From Rhynchobatus australiae (Eukaryota): DNA of 64,000 nucleotides. Both the position numbers and the translations under genes were made by a program. Below, in pieces: positions 49,576-62,280 of this stretch. Under the pieces are notes generated by a model. That model was not told the DNA's origin and searched no databases. It saw nothing but the letters and a program-made list of their open reading frames with translations. The DNA lies in NCBI GenBank assembly GCA_034780895.1, contig JAUZTB010000063.1, forward strand, positions 10,592,420-10,656,419, in the 5' to 3' direction. Each line of letters opens with the position of its first letter. Within the stretch, counting starts at the first letter, position 1.

Positions 49576-50449
49576 TTGTTCGTCCTAGTCTGAATCTTAT
49601 GCATCAAGCCTCAGAACATTCCCTCCTTCTGTTGCCAAGACCTTGCATTGCATGGACTGATTCGAGGTGGTGTAACGGAGAACTTGCATCCAATTGACCA
49701 ACATCAGTTTACNNNNNNNNNNNNNNNNNNNNNNNNNNNNNNNNNNNNNNNNNNNNNNNNNNNNNNNNNNNNNNNNNNNNNNNNNNNNNNNNNNNNNNNN
49801 NNNNNNNNNNNNNNNNNNNNNNNNNNNNNNNNNNNNNNNNNNNNNNNTAATACAATTCATACTGAAGCAACAAATCTCCATTCAAAAGAACACAAGGGAG
49901 AAAAGCTTGAGAAAAATTTGGACATTGTGTAGTTAAGGACACAACCTCAAAATGCTCAGCAACATTGTCCAATTCTGAATATAATTCATGATCACAAGCT
50001 CAACTAACTTGGATTGATCATAATATTCCCCCGGATACTTCCTTTTGACCCTATAACTTTAAGGATTTATCTCCTTCCTCGTTGCATGCATGGGCATTGA
50101 ACTGTCTGACGAGCAAGGCAAATGTGCATGTCTGTCAGTCGATCGTCAGCACAAACAGGCGTGTGCATGCCACAAACGCAAGTGTACAGTGGTCAGCCAA
50201 TCTTTTGGCGGAGCAACAATGTCCTCTGAGGTGTGCGAAACTTCACTTTTGGCACGGGACTTGCACACTTAGGTCTCCACAGACCTTGTGGACCAACAAA
50301 TGTAAATTGCTCAGTTTCTGTATTTTGATTAACATGAATCAGTTAGACATTTATTCTACTACAACATTGTCATTCTTGCTCCATGCATACGTTACAGGCA
50401 TCTAAGAGAAAACAGCAGATTCAAGTATTTCTCCATCCTTAACAATGGA

Positions 50450-51945
50450 AGGGTACTTCATGCAAGTGCTGAAGACATTCAGAAGCTTGTTCAGCCATAA
50501 CTTCCGAGTGAAATCAGATACCAGTCTTCAGCCAATTCATTCACATAATCTCAAGAGGCAATCAAGAGCAGTGGATACAGAGAAGCTATGGGTCCAGAGA
50601 GCATCCTAACTATTAGTATTGAAGACTTCTGTTCCAGGTCTCAGGCCAAGATGCTCCAGTACAGTTGCAACACTGTCATCTGCCCTATAAATAAAGTTGT
50701 CCATGTACATCCTGTTCACAAAGAAAGAAATACTCTTATCCAGTTCAGCCTGCTCTTAAATCAGTCAAGTGAGGGAAGTTTATGGACACTGCTATCAAGC
50801 AGCATGTCCTCATCACCCACAAGTTTGGGTTTCACTTGGACCACTCAGCTCCAGACCTATCACAGCCTTGGTTCAAACATCAGCTCAAGAGCTGAATTCC
50901 TGAAGGTGAAAGCAACTACCATCGACAAAGAACACTGACCTATAGTTTAATCAATGGGGATCAATAGTAAAGCACTCCATGGTTAGAGTTGCACCTCACA
51001 CAAAAGGAAAACATAGATGTTGGATGACCAATCTTGTTCAAAAGGACATTACTGCATATTTCACGCCAATAATCAACCCAATCCCGCTGGATTTCCTCAG
51101 GGTAGTGTCCTATGCACAACTACATTCAACTGCTTCCTTCCATCACATAGTTAACACTGTTGATGTTCACTGGTGAGTGCACCATGTTCAATTCCACTTG
51201 CATCTCCTCAGCAAATAAAGCAGTCCACATCTTCACAGAGGAAGACCCAGACAAAACGTGCTCAGTAGCAAGGAACAATAATGCCACAAAATGCCAGGCA
51301 ATGACTGTTCCAGCAAAAGACAAACAAAATCTTGTCATCCAATGCCATTACCACTGTAGAGAATGCATAACATCCTGGGAGTTCCAAATGTTCAGGAACT
51401 CAACTAGATCAGCTGCACAGTTATTATGCTAACAAAAGCAGTTCAAAAGCTGGGTCTGCTCCAGTGAGCGACTCACCTTCTGACACTCCAAACCTTTCCA
51501 TCATAAGCAAGGGCACAAGGAACACGGAATACTGTCCATTTGCTTGGAGGAATGAAATGCAAACATTTCAAGCAGCTTTAGGACCACCCTAAACATTCAT
51601 TTACTCCACCTGAGGCTGCAGTGCATACCATCTACAAACTGTACTGCAGTTATTCACCCAAGCTACTTCAACAGCACCTTCCACCTGCGAATGCTACTGT
51701 GAATGGGGACATGCACTAACACTGCAGAACCACCACACTTGTGTAGGCCCCTCCAAGTCACACATCACAACTGAGGACTACATCACTGGCCCTTCACTGT
51801 CGCTGAGTTCAAATCCTGGAATTCCCTCTCCAACACAACTACCTTCTCCAGGAGGACTGCCATGGGCTTGAGGCGACTCTCTGCCACTTTCTACATCAAC
51901 TTGGGATGGGCAGGANNNNNNNNNNGCACATCCCAAGAATGGACT
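50450..51945 (+). mobile_element. Second CR1/L2-group LINE family, about 1.5 kb decayed RT and 3' end
   Basis: gcagtggatacagagaagctatgggtccagagagcatcc; gccaagatgctccagtacagtt; ttcctcagggtagtgtccta (PQGSVL); colinear with 6205-7255. Confidence 0.8.
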
Positions 51946-52684
51946 GAAAGAACCAGTTTCCACCACTTTCAAACAACTCACATCAAAGGATGGCTGGACA
52001 GAGGAAGTTTTACAGCCACTAAACGATCTGCTGCAGTTGAAATGGGAGGTGCAGTCCAGAAGTGACCAAAGCACTGCTTCACTAATTCAACTCCCTTGTA
52101 CTTACCCTGACTTGAACTGCTGCACTGCTGGTGCTCGTGCTATTGGCTCCAAATTCTATAAGTTCTGGAATTTCCACTGTCGATATTACTCCTCAAACTT
52201 ACCCTTGAACAATCTATTCTTCTCTTCCAACATCTTTCTGTGGGTATCAATTTTCCTTGATGATATTGAGAGCTGCTGCTAACCTTGCAACTTGCATGAA
52301 GTTGTTGCTGTCTTGCTTAACAACAATTCATTCGCCTCTTGTGTCCAGGAAGAACAGACTTGCTGTTCAGAGCCCTGAAGTTAAGTCAAATTCAATTGAA
52401 AGAAAATACCACCAATATTGTGGAATTAGCCCTCTTAAATCAATGTTCATGCAACACAAGATAAAACCTTCCGAGTGTTACTGGAACAAACACACTGCAA
52501 GATGGAGCCAATAACTGACCCAGGCTCCTGATGAGCACAAGAACTCGTCTGTGTGTTTCACATGAGACAGACAAGCAAAACATACCACTTCATGCGTTAC
52601 TGTTCATCAGGCTCAGAAAGCAGCATCACAAGTAACGTGATTAAATAATCACAGGAGCCCATCTCTAAACATCTGACTCGGGTT

Positions 52685-52855
52685 ATAGATACAGGGAAAA
52701 CAGGGCTGAGCTATTTGAATATGCTTCCCCATTCAGTATGATCATGGCTGATGATCCAAACAGTATCCCAGTTCCTGGTTTCTCCCCACATCCCTTCATC
52801 TCTTCAACATAGCAACTATATTTAACTCCTTCAATATACTGAATGCTTGACCTCA
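52685..52855 (-). mobile_element. CR1 3' end, decayed
   Basis: ccattcagtatgatcatggctgat...ttcctggtttctccccacatccctt is the reverse of the 23800-23900 tail type. Confidence 0.65.
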
Positions 52856-53879
52856 AAAGAGATTACCAGAGCAACTTTGAGTAAACCCATTCGACTGATG
52901 GGGTGCCACAGTCAAATGCCTTTGAACCCTCATCTTTTAGCCCAATGAGTTCNNNNNNNNNNNNNNNNNNNNNNNNNNNNNNNNNNNNNNNNNNNNNNNN
53001 NNNNNNNNNNNNNNNNNNNNNNNNNNNNNNNNNNNNNNNNNNNNNNNNNNNNNNNNNNNNNNNNNNNNNNNNNNNNNNNNNNNNNNNNNNNNNNNNNNNN
53101 NNNNNNNNNNNNNNNNNNNNNNNNNNNNNNNNNNNNNNNNNNNNNNNNNNNNNNNNNNNNNNNNNNNNNNNNNNNNNNNNNNNNNNNNNNNNNNNNNNNN
53201 NNNNNNNNNNTTTTCATTGAACTTGTATGCATTGTGACCCAGGAAATTTTTACAATATTCAACTGAATTATTGTACAAGTAATGTAACATGTTTGGAAGA
53301 ACATAAATAAATTCCTCCAATTTCACATCTATATGTTGGGTTTGGGGTTGATTGATTATCACTGAGTTAGAGTGCGGGTGCTGAGTTTTATAAAGGTTTT
53401 CCATGACTAGTGCACAAAAATATTTACATTTTGTACAGTTATTGTACAAGCATGAAAGATCTGATAATCAGGGCTCTTCCCTAATAATATGCCTCAAAGT
53501 TTCAGATACTCCTTGCCCATATATGGTGAGTGCTGCTTAGGAAATGCTTTCTTGTGTTGGTTAGAAATTGGACCATGAGGGTTACAGAAGCCACACAATG
53601 TCCGGCACCAAGGAGAGGCACCAAAATCATGTATCCCATAATATGAGGGGGGGGGGGGGGCGAAAAATGCACAACTCCCAGATACTCGGAGGATAATCCA
53701 GAATCCATTTGGCTCTGAAATGGGCAGTCCCACCTTAAAAAGTTTGAAGTTCTGTCAATGTGAGCAATGGTCACATGCAGAGTGTCACAAACTCCAAGCC
53801 ACTGATTCACGTCCCATGTCATAAGGGGATTAAAAGTCACCCCACCCCAAAGTGGCTCAATCAAATGATTTTATGCACA

Positions 53880-54055
53880 TGCAAAAATACCATGGATGCT
53901 GGGAAACTGAACTAAAACCAGAAACATTGGAAATATTCAGAAGATCAGGGACCATCTGTGGAAACAGACAGATCTAATGTTTCTGGTCAACGACCTCTCA
54001 TCAGAACAGTTCTGAAGATCACCACCCCGAGACATTGGTGCCAATTCTCCACAGC
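53880..54055. mobile_element. Penelope pLTR element, back-to-back; canonical CUGAUGA/GAAA core on minus strand (53970-54010)
   Basis: Minus strand gtt-CTGATGA-ga-GGTC(gtt)GACC-a-GAAA-catta; plus strand gttctgaaga immediately after. Confidence 0.7.
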
Positions 54056-54574
54056 CACCCTCCTCACCATGGATGGGGCCCGCAAAGTACTTCTAGCATT
54101 GTGTTTATTTCAAATAATTGTACATTTCACTTTTTTGGGGAATTGCATGTTACAACATTTTGAATAGTTTAAATGTCTGTTGTGGTGAGACTGGAGACAG
54201 TGTAGTGAAAGGATGCACATTATCTCTGCGAATGCAATGTTATCCTCAAGATTAAAGTACAGCATGACCAGAAGCTGACCAAATCCCTTTCTTAATCCCA
54301 TTGTCATATAATCCTTTTTTAAAAAAATAAAACTGCAGTGTCTCATTGCTTTTGTGAACAAACTCATCTGTTGTAAGTGTTTATGTGGCAGGAGAAAGGA
54401 ATCTTCTATCTTATCATTTCAGAAGGCTCGCAATTTATTTCCAAGTTCTTAAGAGGATTTTGATCAAGGCACCCACGTAACCCACAAGACTGCAACAATT
54501 TGTTCAGACTTGACTGGAGAGAAAGCACAATGTGAGACATGCCTCACATCCCACAAGCCACCTCAGTCAGGACA

Positions 54575-55340
54575 AATACATCACCAAAACACTCAAACAT
54601 CATTTATAAATTCACCAATGACACCATTGTTGGTAGAACCTCAGATGGCAGCAAGGCAGTGTACAGGAGTGAGACAGATCGGCTGGTAGAGTGGTGTCAC
54701 AAAAATAACCTCGCACTCAATGTCAGAAAAACCAAGGAATTGACTGTAGACTTCAGGAAGGGGAAGTCAGGAGAACACACACCAGTCCTCATTGCGGGGT
54801 CAGTGGTGGAAAGGGTGAGGAGCTTCAAGTTCCTGGGCATCAACATCTGACAATCTATCCTGGGCCCAACACATTCAAGCAATCACAAAGGCGGCGTGCC
54901 AGTGGCTTGACTTCATTAGGGGTTTCAGCAGATTTGGTATATCAAAGACTCTTATAAAATTTCTGCAGATGTATGGGGGAGCGCATTCTGACTGGTTGCA
55001 TTACCACCTGGTATGGAGTCTCCAATGCACAGGATCACAAGAGGCTGCATATGGTCATAGACTCAGCTAGCTCCATCACGAGCACAAACCTCCCAGAGAA
55101 CATCAAGAAACAGTGCGTCAAGGCGGCAGCATCCATCATGAAGGACCCTCACTATCTGGGACACATCCTCTTCTCGTTACTACCATCAGGAAGGAAGTAC
55201 AGGAGCCTGAAAACCCATACTCAATATTTCAAGAACAGCTTCTTCCCCTCCGCCACATTTCTGAACAATCCCTGAACACTACCTCAATATTCCTTTTTTT
55301 GCACTTATTTTTTTTAAATTTATAGATTATGTCTTCTGAT
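54575..55340 (+). mobile_element. Rex1/Babar LINE, RT C-terminus to 3' end
   Basis: IYKFTNDTIVG, LVEWCHKNNLALNVRKTKELTVDFRK, FKFLGINI; ILTGCITTWYG, LFSLLPSGRKYRSLKT, FKNSFFPSA. Confidence 0.95.
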
Positions 55341-55569
55341 TAACTGTCTAAATACAGCATAGAGAGGAAGGAGACTGCACAACACTGAGCAGTGCAAGAT
55401 GAGAAAGGAAAATGAAATTATGCAGAGGTGGTAGGAAAATGGATTTAAAAGCCAAGATATCCAACGTTAAAAGAAAAATGACAAGTGAATGTGATGAGTG
55501 ACATTGCAGACCAAGGGAATCAGCAGGAAGGTGTTAAGCATGGCAGCATGTTCAGCTGCCTCCAAACAG

Positions 55570-55950
55570 GCATACTCAGGGAGGTATCAGAGTTGTCAGA
55601 AGGAGATCAGTGACAGTGCTTTCCTCCAAGTGTTGACCAAGACACCCTAAACAAACACTATTCCGAGCCACGTCACGGAAAGATTTCCAGGCAGAGGAAA
55701 AGATTTCCGTACATGCTCAAAGCATCCTTGCAGAAATGCAACCTCCTCACCAACTCCTGGGAACGTGTGACCTATGATCATTGAAAATGGAGGAGTATTT
55801 AGCATGGCTTTAAGAACCTCAAGGTCAAGCATCGGCAGCACACAAAAACCTTGCAGAGTAGCTGACAACCTCACACTACCCATTCACCCACTACACCTGT
55901 GGAGGAGTTCACTTTCTGGCTACAGCTACTCTGGAACCCATAAAACAAAG
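55570..55950 (+). mobile_element. RTE-clade LINE 3' fragment
   Basis: Frameshifted translation PKQT/YSEPRHGK..RQRKRFPYMLKASLQKCNLLTNSWE...KWRSI typical of the RTE C-terminus. Confidence 0.75.
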
Positions 55951-56703
55951 GAACGAGTTCTCAATTTTGAAAGACTGCATAAGTTAGGAGATGAAGTTGT
56001 CTCCATCAAGATTACAAGGCCACATTCAACAATTGTCAGCAAAGCTTTCGTTAGATGCAATAGGCTAGAACAAAGAAATACCAATGCCTGAGCCCTTTAG
56101 TCACCATAATAGGTGGTGATCCAACTACTCACGCCAATCATGTGGGAGAAGTGGTGTCACTCCCAGTTTGCTCCTGAGTAATAACTAAAGTATTTCTACA
56201 GGCTGTTCCCAGGGACATACANNNNNNNNNNNNNNNNNNNNNNNNNNNNNNNNNNNNNNNNNNNNNNNNNNNNNNNNNNNNNNNNNNNNNNNNNNNNNNN
56301 NNNNNNNNNNNNNNNNNNNNNNNNNNNNNNNNNNNNNNNNNNNNNNNNNNNNNNNNNNNNNNNNNNNNNNNNNNNNNNNNNNNNNNNNNNNNNNNNNNNN
56401 NNNNNNNNNNNNNNNNNNNNNNNNNNNNNNNNNNNNNNNNNNNNNNNNNNNNNNNNNNNNNNNNNNNNNNNNNNNNNNNNNNNNNNNNNNNNNNNNNNNN
56501 NNNNNNNNNNNNNNNNNNNNNNNNNNNNNNNNNNNNNNNNNNNNNNNNNNNNNNNNNNNNNNNNNNNNNNNNNNNNNNNNNNNNNNNNNNNNNNNNNNNN
56601 NNNNNNNNNNNNNNNNNNNNNNNNNNNNNNNNNNNNNNNNNNNNNNNNNNNNNNNNNNNNNNNNNNNNNNNNNNNNNNNNNNNNNNNNNNNNNNNNNNNN
56701 NNN

Positions 56704-56895
56704 CCACAAGTGTCGCCACGCTTCTGGTGCCAACACAGCACGCCCACAACTTCCTAACCTGTACGTCTTTGGAATGTGGGAGGAAACCAGAGCACCCGAG
56801 GGAACCCATTCAGACACGGGGAGAACGTACAAACTCCTTACAGACAGAGGCTGGATTTGAACCTGGGTCACTGGCGCTGTAATAGCGTTACACTA
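56704..56895 (-). mobile_element. Young V-type SINE (same family as 31856-32180), running into an N gap
   Basis: caagtgtcgccacgcttctggtgccaaca...gtacgtctttggaatgtgggaggaaacc...tgaacctgggtcactggcgctgtaatagcgttac. Confidence 0.9.
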
Positions 56896-57679
56896 AAATA
56901 TTGCACAGGTCAAATTGTATGTCTTATTTCTTAACACACAACAATGCTGAGTTCTGTACCATCCACAAAAACATGTGGACCACACTGAGGGTCTTAATGG
57001 GCTCTCTCCCTCTTACAGGTGAAAGACGACCAAATATACATTGGTTTGACCCAAGAATGAATATGTGCTAGTAACTCTTTGCTGCAGAACAAATGGGAGA
57101 CTTGATGTTAAAACAATGAAAAAGAGTAAAAACAAGCCAAAGTAACAAGAAAGAGGGTTGCAGAAATATTACCAGAGGGAATGAAGCATTTATAGAAGGA
57201 TTACCATACAGGGCTGAATTAAGGGCTTCAGCTCCACCCACTTTGGCTACAATCAACCCTTGGGTGCGGCTTTCAACTGAACCTTACCCTGCCAAACAGG
57301 AACTCCATATTAACATGACATACTTTGCCCACACAAAACCAGGAAACCACCCAAAAGGGTTAACATTAGTTTAACTGGGTACAAAACAGGTTTAGGCTGC
57401 TAATCAGCACTGATTGGACAAAGCAGGCTGGAAGCATTTCAGTGTGGTTTCATCATTTAATAGAAGATGAAACTGTTTGACTTCATTCACTTGTTTATGT
57501 AAAGCAATTAGGATCCTTTCAAAGGTAATACAGTGAGGATTGATGCAGTCTTGATCTCTATCATTGCAAGGCATTGTGTTAATGATTGACTGGCAATGAA
57601 CCAGGCTCATTAGTTATCACAGGGACCTGGGGAGAGGGTTGACCGATATGTCACAGGGAACTGGAATGGTCTTAAGCAA

Positions 57680-57805
57680 CAGAATTGTCGAGCCCAGAAA
57701 TGGGTCTTCAGCCCATGTCCATGCTGACCTGTCCATCAACACTAATCATATTTGCCCACATTAGGACTCGACTCATCTGTACCTTGCCTATTTCAGTGCC
57801 TCAAA
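57680..57805 (-). mobile_element. CR1 3' end, decayed
   Basis: cagaaatgggtcttcagcccatgtccatgctgacc...actaatcatatttgccc. Confidence 0.65.
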
Positions 57806-59530
57806 CATATTCTGTTCTCATGAAGTATCCCGGATCAATGGACATTAGCTAAAGCAGTAACAGGAAAAAATACACTCCTATCAGCAAGATTCCCTCATTG
57901 AAAACCCTGCAGCAACCTCAGGAGACATCTTGATCTCCTATTACAATGCAATGGCAGTGGTAATTCCTGAGCCCAACTTGTATAGGATGGAAGACAGATT
58001 GGAAGGATTATGCCCTGCATTCAAGGTACCTGTCCGGGGCTAGACTCTTGTCTGTTTCTAGGTCTACCCTTTGTTAGGTAGCTCGGACATGTTCTTTCAA
58101 GAACGAAAGCCCATAGTTAACGAGAGTTAGCACAAGCAGTCACGTGAAATGTGGCAGTTTATCCATTCCACCACAGGAATATACAGGCAGCATTAATTCA
58201 GCTGCAGGGTGATGCCAAATTGCTGACCTGTTCAATTAGAGCCAGGCAGCATCACTCTCTCTCCATCTCTCTTGAAGTCAGTAGCTTGCTTGTAGCAGGG
58301 GTTTTCCTCCCCATCAAGTGCACGGAAACCAGAGTTACCAAACCACAACATGGCAACACTGGTTTACAAAGCTGAAGACCATAAATACCTAAATGAAATG
58401 GATCAATTTCAAAAGTCAATTCAACCAAAGTAAATACATTTGTTTTAAATCACTAAGGAAAGCAAATAATACTCAAGGGTTGATTGAGTCCTTAGGAATG
58501 CATTTCCATTATTTGTTAAAAGACAGCAGCCAATTTGCCCATCCCTTCACATACCACGTACAACCTGCCCAAGTCACATTTAATCAAATAAGTCGTGAAG
58601 TGAAAAGTACTATGTAAATATTTTTTGATTTGCAAAGTAACAAAGCAGACCTCAGCATCCACTTGCACATGGCTAGACACTAATTGGTTATGGTAATTTC
58701 TCTGGAGAGCAACACACCAAGTCCCAACATTTCTTCTGTTCAGTGCACACATCCATAACCTCCATTGTCATTATGATGCTCAAACATTCCTAACCAGTGC
58801 TGTGAAGTACTGCATCCATAACTAGTAGACCATTCAACTCAAGGCCCTATCCTTAGTAAGCTGTCTACATCTCTATAAGACCACTGTGTATAATTACTTT
58901 AAAATGTCTTGCTGTAGTTTTAATTTGTTTAAAACAGAAATACAAATTCTGGAAATACATATTTGAGGAGAAATAGCATTGAAATCAATATTGGACCAGT
59001 ACCAAATACCAGGATTTAAAAGGCAATTGGTTAATGTTCATAAGTCAGTGCAAGAGAAGTGATTAATGGTGGTCAGAGTGGAAAGGAGAGAAACAAACAC
59101 TCAGAAGGAGCATGTAGCATGGTATCGCGATGAGAATCCCAAGTAGTAACTCTGCTCAAAAGGATCAGAAAAAAAATATTGCAATGGTCCAAAAATGTTC
59201 CCAATCTGATTTGGCATGAAAAAAAGGGCAAAACCCAAGGATGTCAGACCAGACCACACGAGTGCATCCAAGCAGATAGCTATCCAGCACCATGACAGAA
59301 GCCTAGAAAATAGGTTGCTTTTCAACCTATGATTCACAGCAGGAAGCTGACAAGGAGCTAACCCCCAATGAATAATTATAACCAATACCAGGAAAAAAAG
59401 GATTAATATCTGGAGAGTCCAGAAGCTCAATTAAAATGCAGCATTACACATTAGTGGGAAATAAATTTGTACATTCTTGCTTTCAACTCAGGCATTACTA
59501 GAAGGGAAGGAAATCTGCCTTGTTCCATCC

Positions 59531-59860
59531 GGGCAGCACAGTGGTACAAGTAGCAGAACTGCTACCTCATGGCTCCAGTAGCCGAGGTTCAATCCCAATC
59601 TCTGGTGCTGTGCATGTGAAGTTTGCATGTTCTCGATCACATGGGTTTCCTCTGGTGCTCCAGTTTCCCTCCTCTTCCTAAAGATGTGCAGGTTAATGGG
59701 CGAAACTGCCACAACAAATTGCACCTCGTGTAGGTGAGTGGTAGAATCTGGGAGTTGATGGGAATGTGGGGAGAATCAAAGTGATATTAGAGTCGGACTA
59801 GTTTAAATGGGTGCTTGGTGGTCAGCATGGAAAGGGCCATTTCTGTGCTCTACGACTAAA
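59531..59860 (+). mobile_element. Full-length HE1/V-type SINE inserted in an older SINE
   Basis: Head gggcagcacagtggtac, B-box ggttcaatccc, V-domain catgggtttcctctggtgctccagtttcc, CR1 tail aagggccatttctgtgctctacgact. Confidence 0.9.
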
Positions 59861-60879
59861 CTCTAGACTGCATGTGTCTGCAGAGAACTGCCCTCTGAAG
59901 TAATCTGGCAAGCCATCAGAAATGGGCAACCAATGCTGGCCTGATCAGTACCATACACATCCGACGAACAAAAGTCTCCACATGACACAACATCTGCCAC
60001 CCCCTTGCCCACTCACTCAGCTGGGCTAAAAGCACTTGCCGGCTCTTTGCATCCCCCTCAGTTTACTTTTGCAGTAAGACTCGCATGGTAGATCAACCAT
60101 TCTACAGAGAGGGAGAGAGAAAGAAGCAGCCCACCACTTTCTGTTTCAGCTGAAGCAACAAGCTGCATGTATTCAAGAGCCACTCGAGCACACCAGGTTG
60201 GGATGAATACTGCATGCTACTGTAACGACACACAGCCACCACCTGCCTCAGCGATGAAGCTTTGGCTTTCTGGATTTTACGAAGATAGGAATAACTAAAA
60301 CATTCTGGATTTATCCAGACACCAGTCCAAATCCCAACAATCCAAGGGGAAATACAAGTTCCCACCCAGACCAAATCGATAAGCTGGCTCGTAGGTGGAC
60401 CCTGGTGCTTGATCCCACTGAAAAACTGCATTCTGTGCCAATTGACTATGCTTGCACTGTAAACAGGATTTTCATAAATGCTATTACACCCATGGAAATA
60501 ACTGCATGACCCACTTCAGAAGGAAGGTACACCTTTAACTAAATCTATTCATCATCTGCAGTTATTTTGGATGACAGAAACAAATCTATGAATTGGTTTC
60601 CAAGGGAATGGAACCAGTTTGATTGCTTTAATCACTACCATTTGTACTGACAAGACACTCAAAATGATTTGGAGTGCTTTGTTAGTTTCAACATTACAGC
60701 CCTATTCACTCTCAACTCTCCATGGAAATACAGACAAATCACTTGAAAGACAAATTAAGCTTTCTTTTTGAAAAATATTTCTTCTCAGATTCATCCCATG
60801 GATTGATGGGATCCAATGGTGATTTTTTTCTTCTTCATCTTATTAAAACAGCAAGAATGAGAAGACTGATGTACTCCCT

Positions 60880-61015
60880 TTTATCAGAAACATTTCAGCA
60901 AACAGAACCAAAATGTGAACTTTTGCCTCCACAGATACAGCATAACCTGCTGCACATTTTCAACATTTGTGTTTTCATTTCTGATTCCAAGATTTTGGAG
61001 TGTTTTGCTTTATTG
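60880..61015 (+). mobile_element. Penelope pLTR remnant, very decayed
   Basis: ctccacagatacagcataacctgctg...ttcaacatttgtgttttcatttctgattccaag. Confidence 0.55.
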
Positions 61016-61879
61016 TCCTGATGTGGCTCACTGTCAAATATTTTAAAAAGCTCCTGTAAAGTGCTTTGGACATGACAACATTTAAGGCATCTTTGTTATA
61101 CTGTCACTTTTTTTCTATTAAGAAAAACAAAGATGACACCAACTAGGTCATTTGGAAGACTCATCTTTTCCAGAAAGCAGATCCATCTTGCCTGATAACA
61201 ATCAGATTGTTCTTCTAGATGCTGACACCCAAGTCTAATCAGGTGTTTTCCTTAACTCTCAACAAGGTTAATGTTGAACCAGTGGTTGTTTATCTTCCTA
61301 ATTCCACAAAGTCAAGATTTTACTTCATGACAAGGCAGTAGAAACAAAGTCAAAATATAATTTATCGCTACTGCTGCTTTCTTTGCATCGTTTGACTCTA
61401 AAATGTTTCAGATTCATCCTCAAGATGTTCTATTATCCACATATTGACATGAAGTATTCTTGTATATATGTAATTCTTCAATCAGTAAAATAAATCCCAA
61501 TAATTGACTACATTCAAACACTCCACTTTTAATTCAAGTTTGGAGCTGCTGATAGATTTCTTTAATCATATTTTACTTTATTAATGTTCATTTTCTTCAG
61601 CTGTCTATCTTAAGGTAGGAACTTGCCCAAGATCTCTGATAGTTCCTTCTTAAAAGCATATGCTTCACTTCAACCAATCGGAAAAAAAAACCTACTTGGC
61701 TACATTAATCTTGACAGGCTTCTCTTAATAACAATCTTTCACACTAAATACCTGGACAGCAGCAGAAAGTTGCAAAGTACAACAAACCATGAGAACACCA
61801 AAAGGCTTCAAGGTGGTGGTTAGCCAAGGACAATAAAAACACTTAAATTTCTAAAGTACCTTGTATTAGAAAACTAACC

Positions 61880-62008
61880 GACTTGCTGTTGATGGGAATT
61901 TGCTCTGCATATTTCCCCAAACTACATCCATCTACACATAAAATGAACTATCAGCTGTGAAGATCTTTGGAATGCTCCAAGGTTTTGGCAAGGTGCTGTA
62001 CGAAGCTC
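61880..62008 (+). mobile_element. Deu-SINE 3' fragment
   Basis: ttgctgttgatgggaatttgctctgc...gctgtgaagatctttggaatg...aaggtgctgta. Confidence 0.5.
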
Positions 62009-62044
62009 TCTCACACACACACCTCCAACTGTGCTGTTTTAGGA

Positions 62045-62280
62045 TAGCAGTGACCCAGGTTCGATGCCAAATTCAGGTGTGGTGTACAGAGCCTGCACGT
62101 TCTCTGTGACAGTAAGTTAATTTCATACTCTAAATTGTAGGTGGGTGGCAGGTGAACAAGGGGGCAGTTGATAGACATGTGAGAGCAAATAGGTTACAGG
62201 GAAATAATAGGGGAATGGGACTGATGAGATGACTGAGAGCCAGCATGGCCTCATTAGGCTAAGGAGTCTCCCCCTACATT
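62045..62280 (+). mobile_element. HE1/V-type SINE, internally deleted
   Basis: gacccaggttcgatgcc, tgcacgttctc and tail gagagccagcatggcctc. Confidence 0.75.

Noticed and set aside
52203-52374. Minus-strand exon candidate with GTAAGT donor
   Set aside because: All three frames contain stops; only a short ATG-initiated MLEEKNRLFK is possible and nothing else supports it.
10630-53660. Poly-C/poly-G runs (about 10630, 17490, 17630, 27312, 43873, 48047, 53647) as G-quadruplex elements
   Set aside because: Simple homopolymers, several next to gaps or inside repeats; no evidence of function.
53500-53860. Possible AP-endonuclease relic of a LINE on the minus strand (LMTWDV...)
   Set aside because: Similarity limited to one degenerate motif; cannot be supported by eye.
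58139-58147. Isolated GTCACGTGA E-box (USF/TFE type)
   Set aside because: Single short motif with no supporting cluster; compatible with chance.
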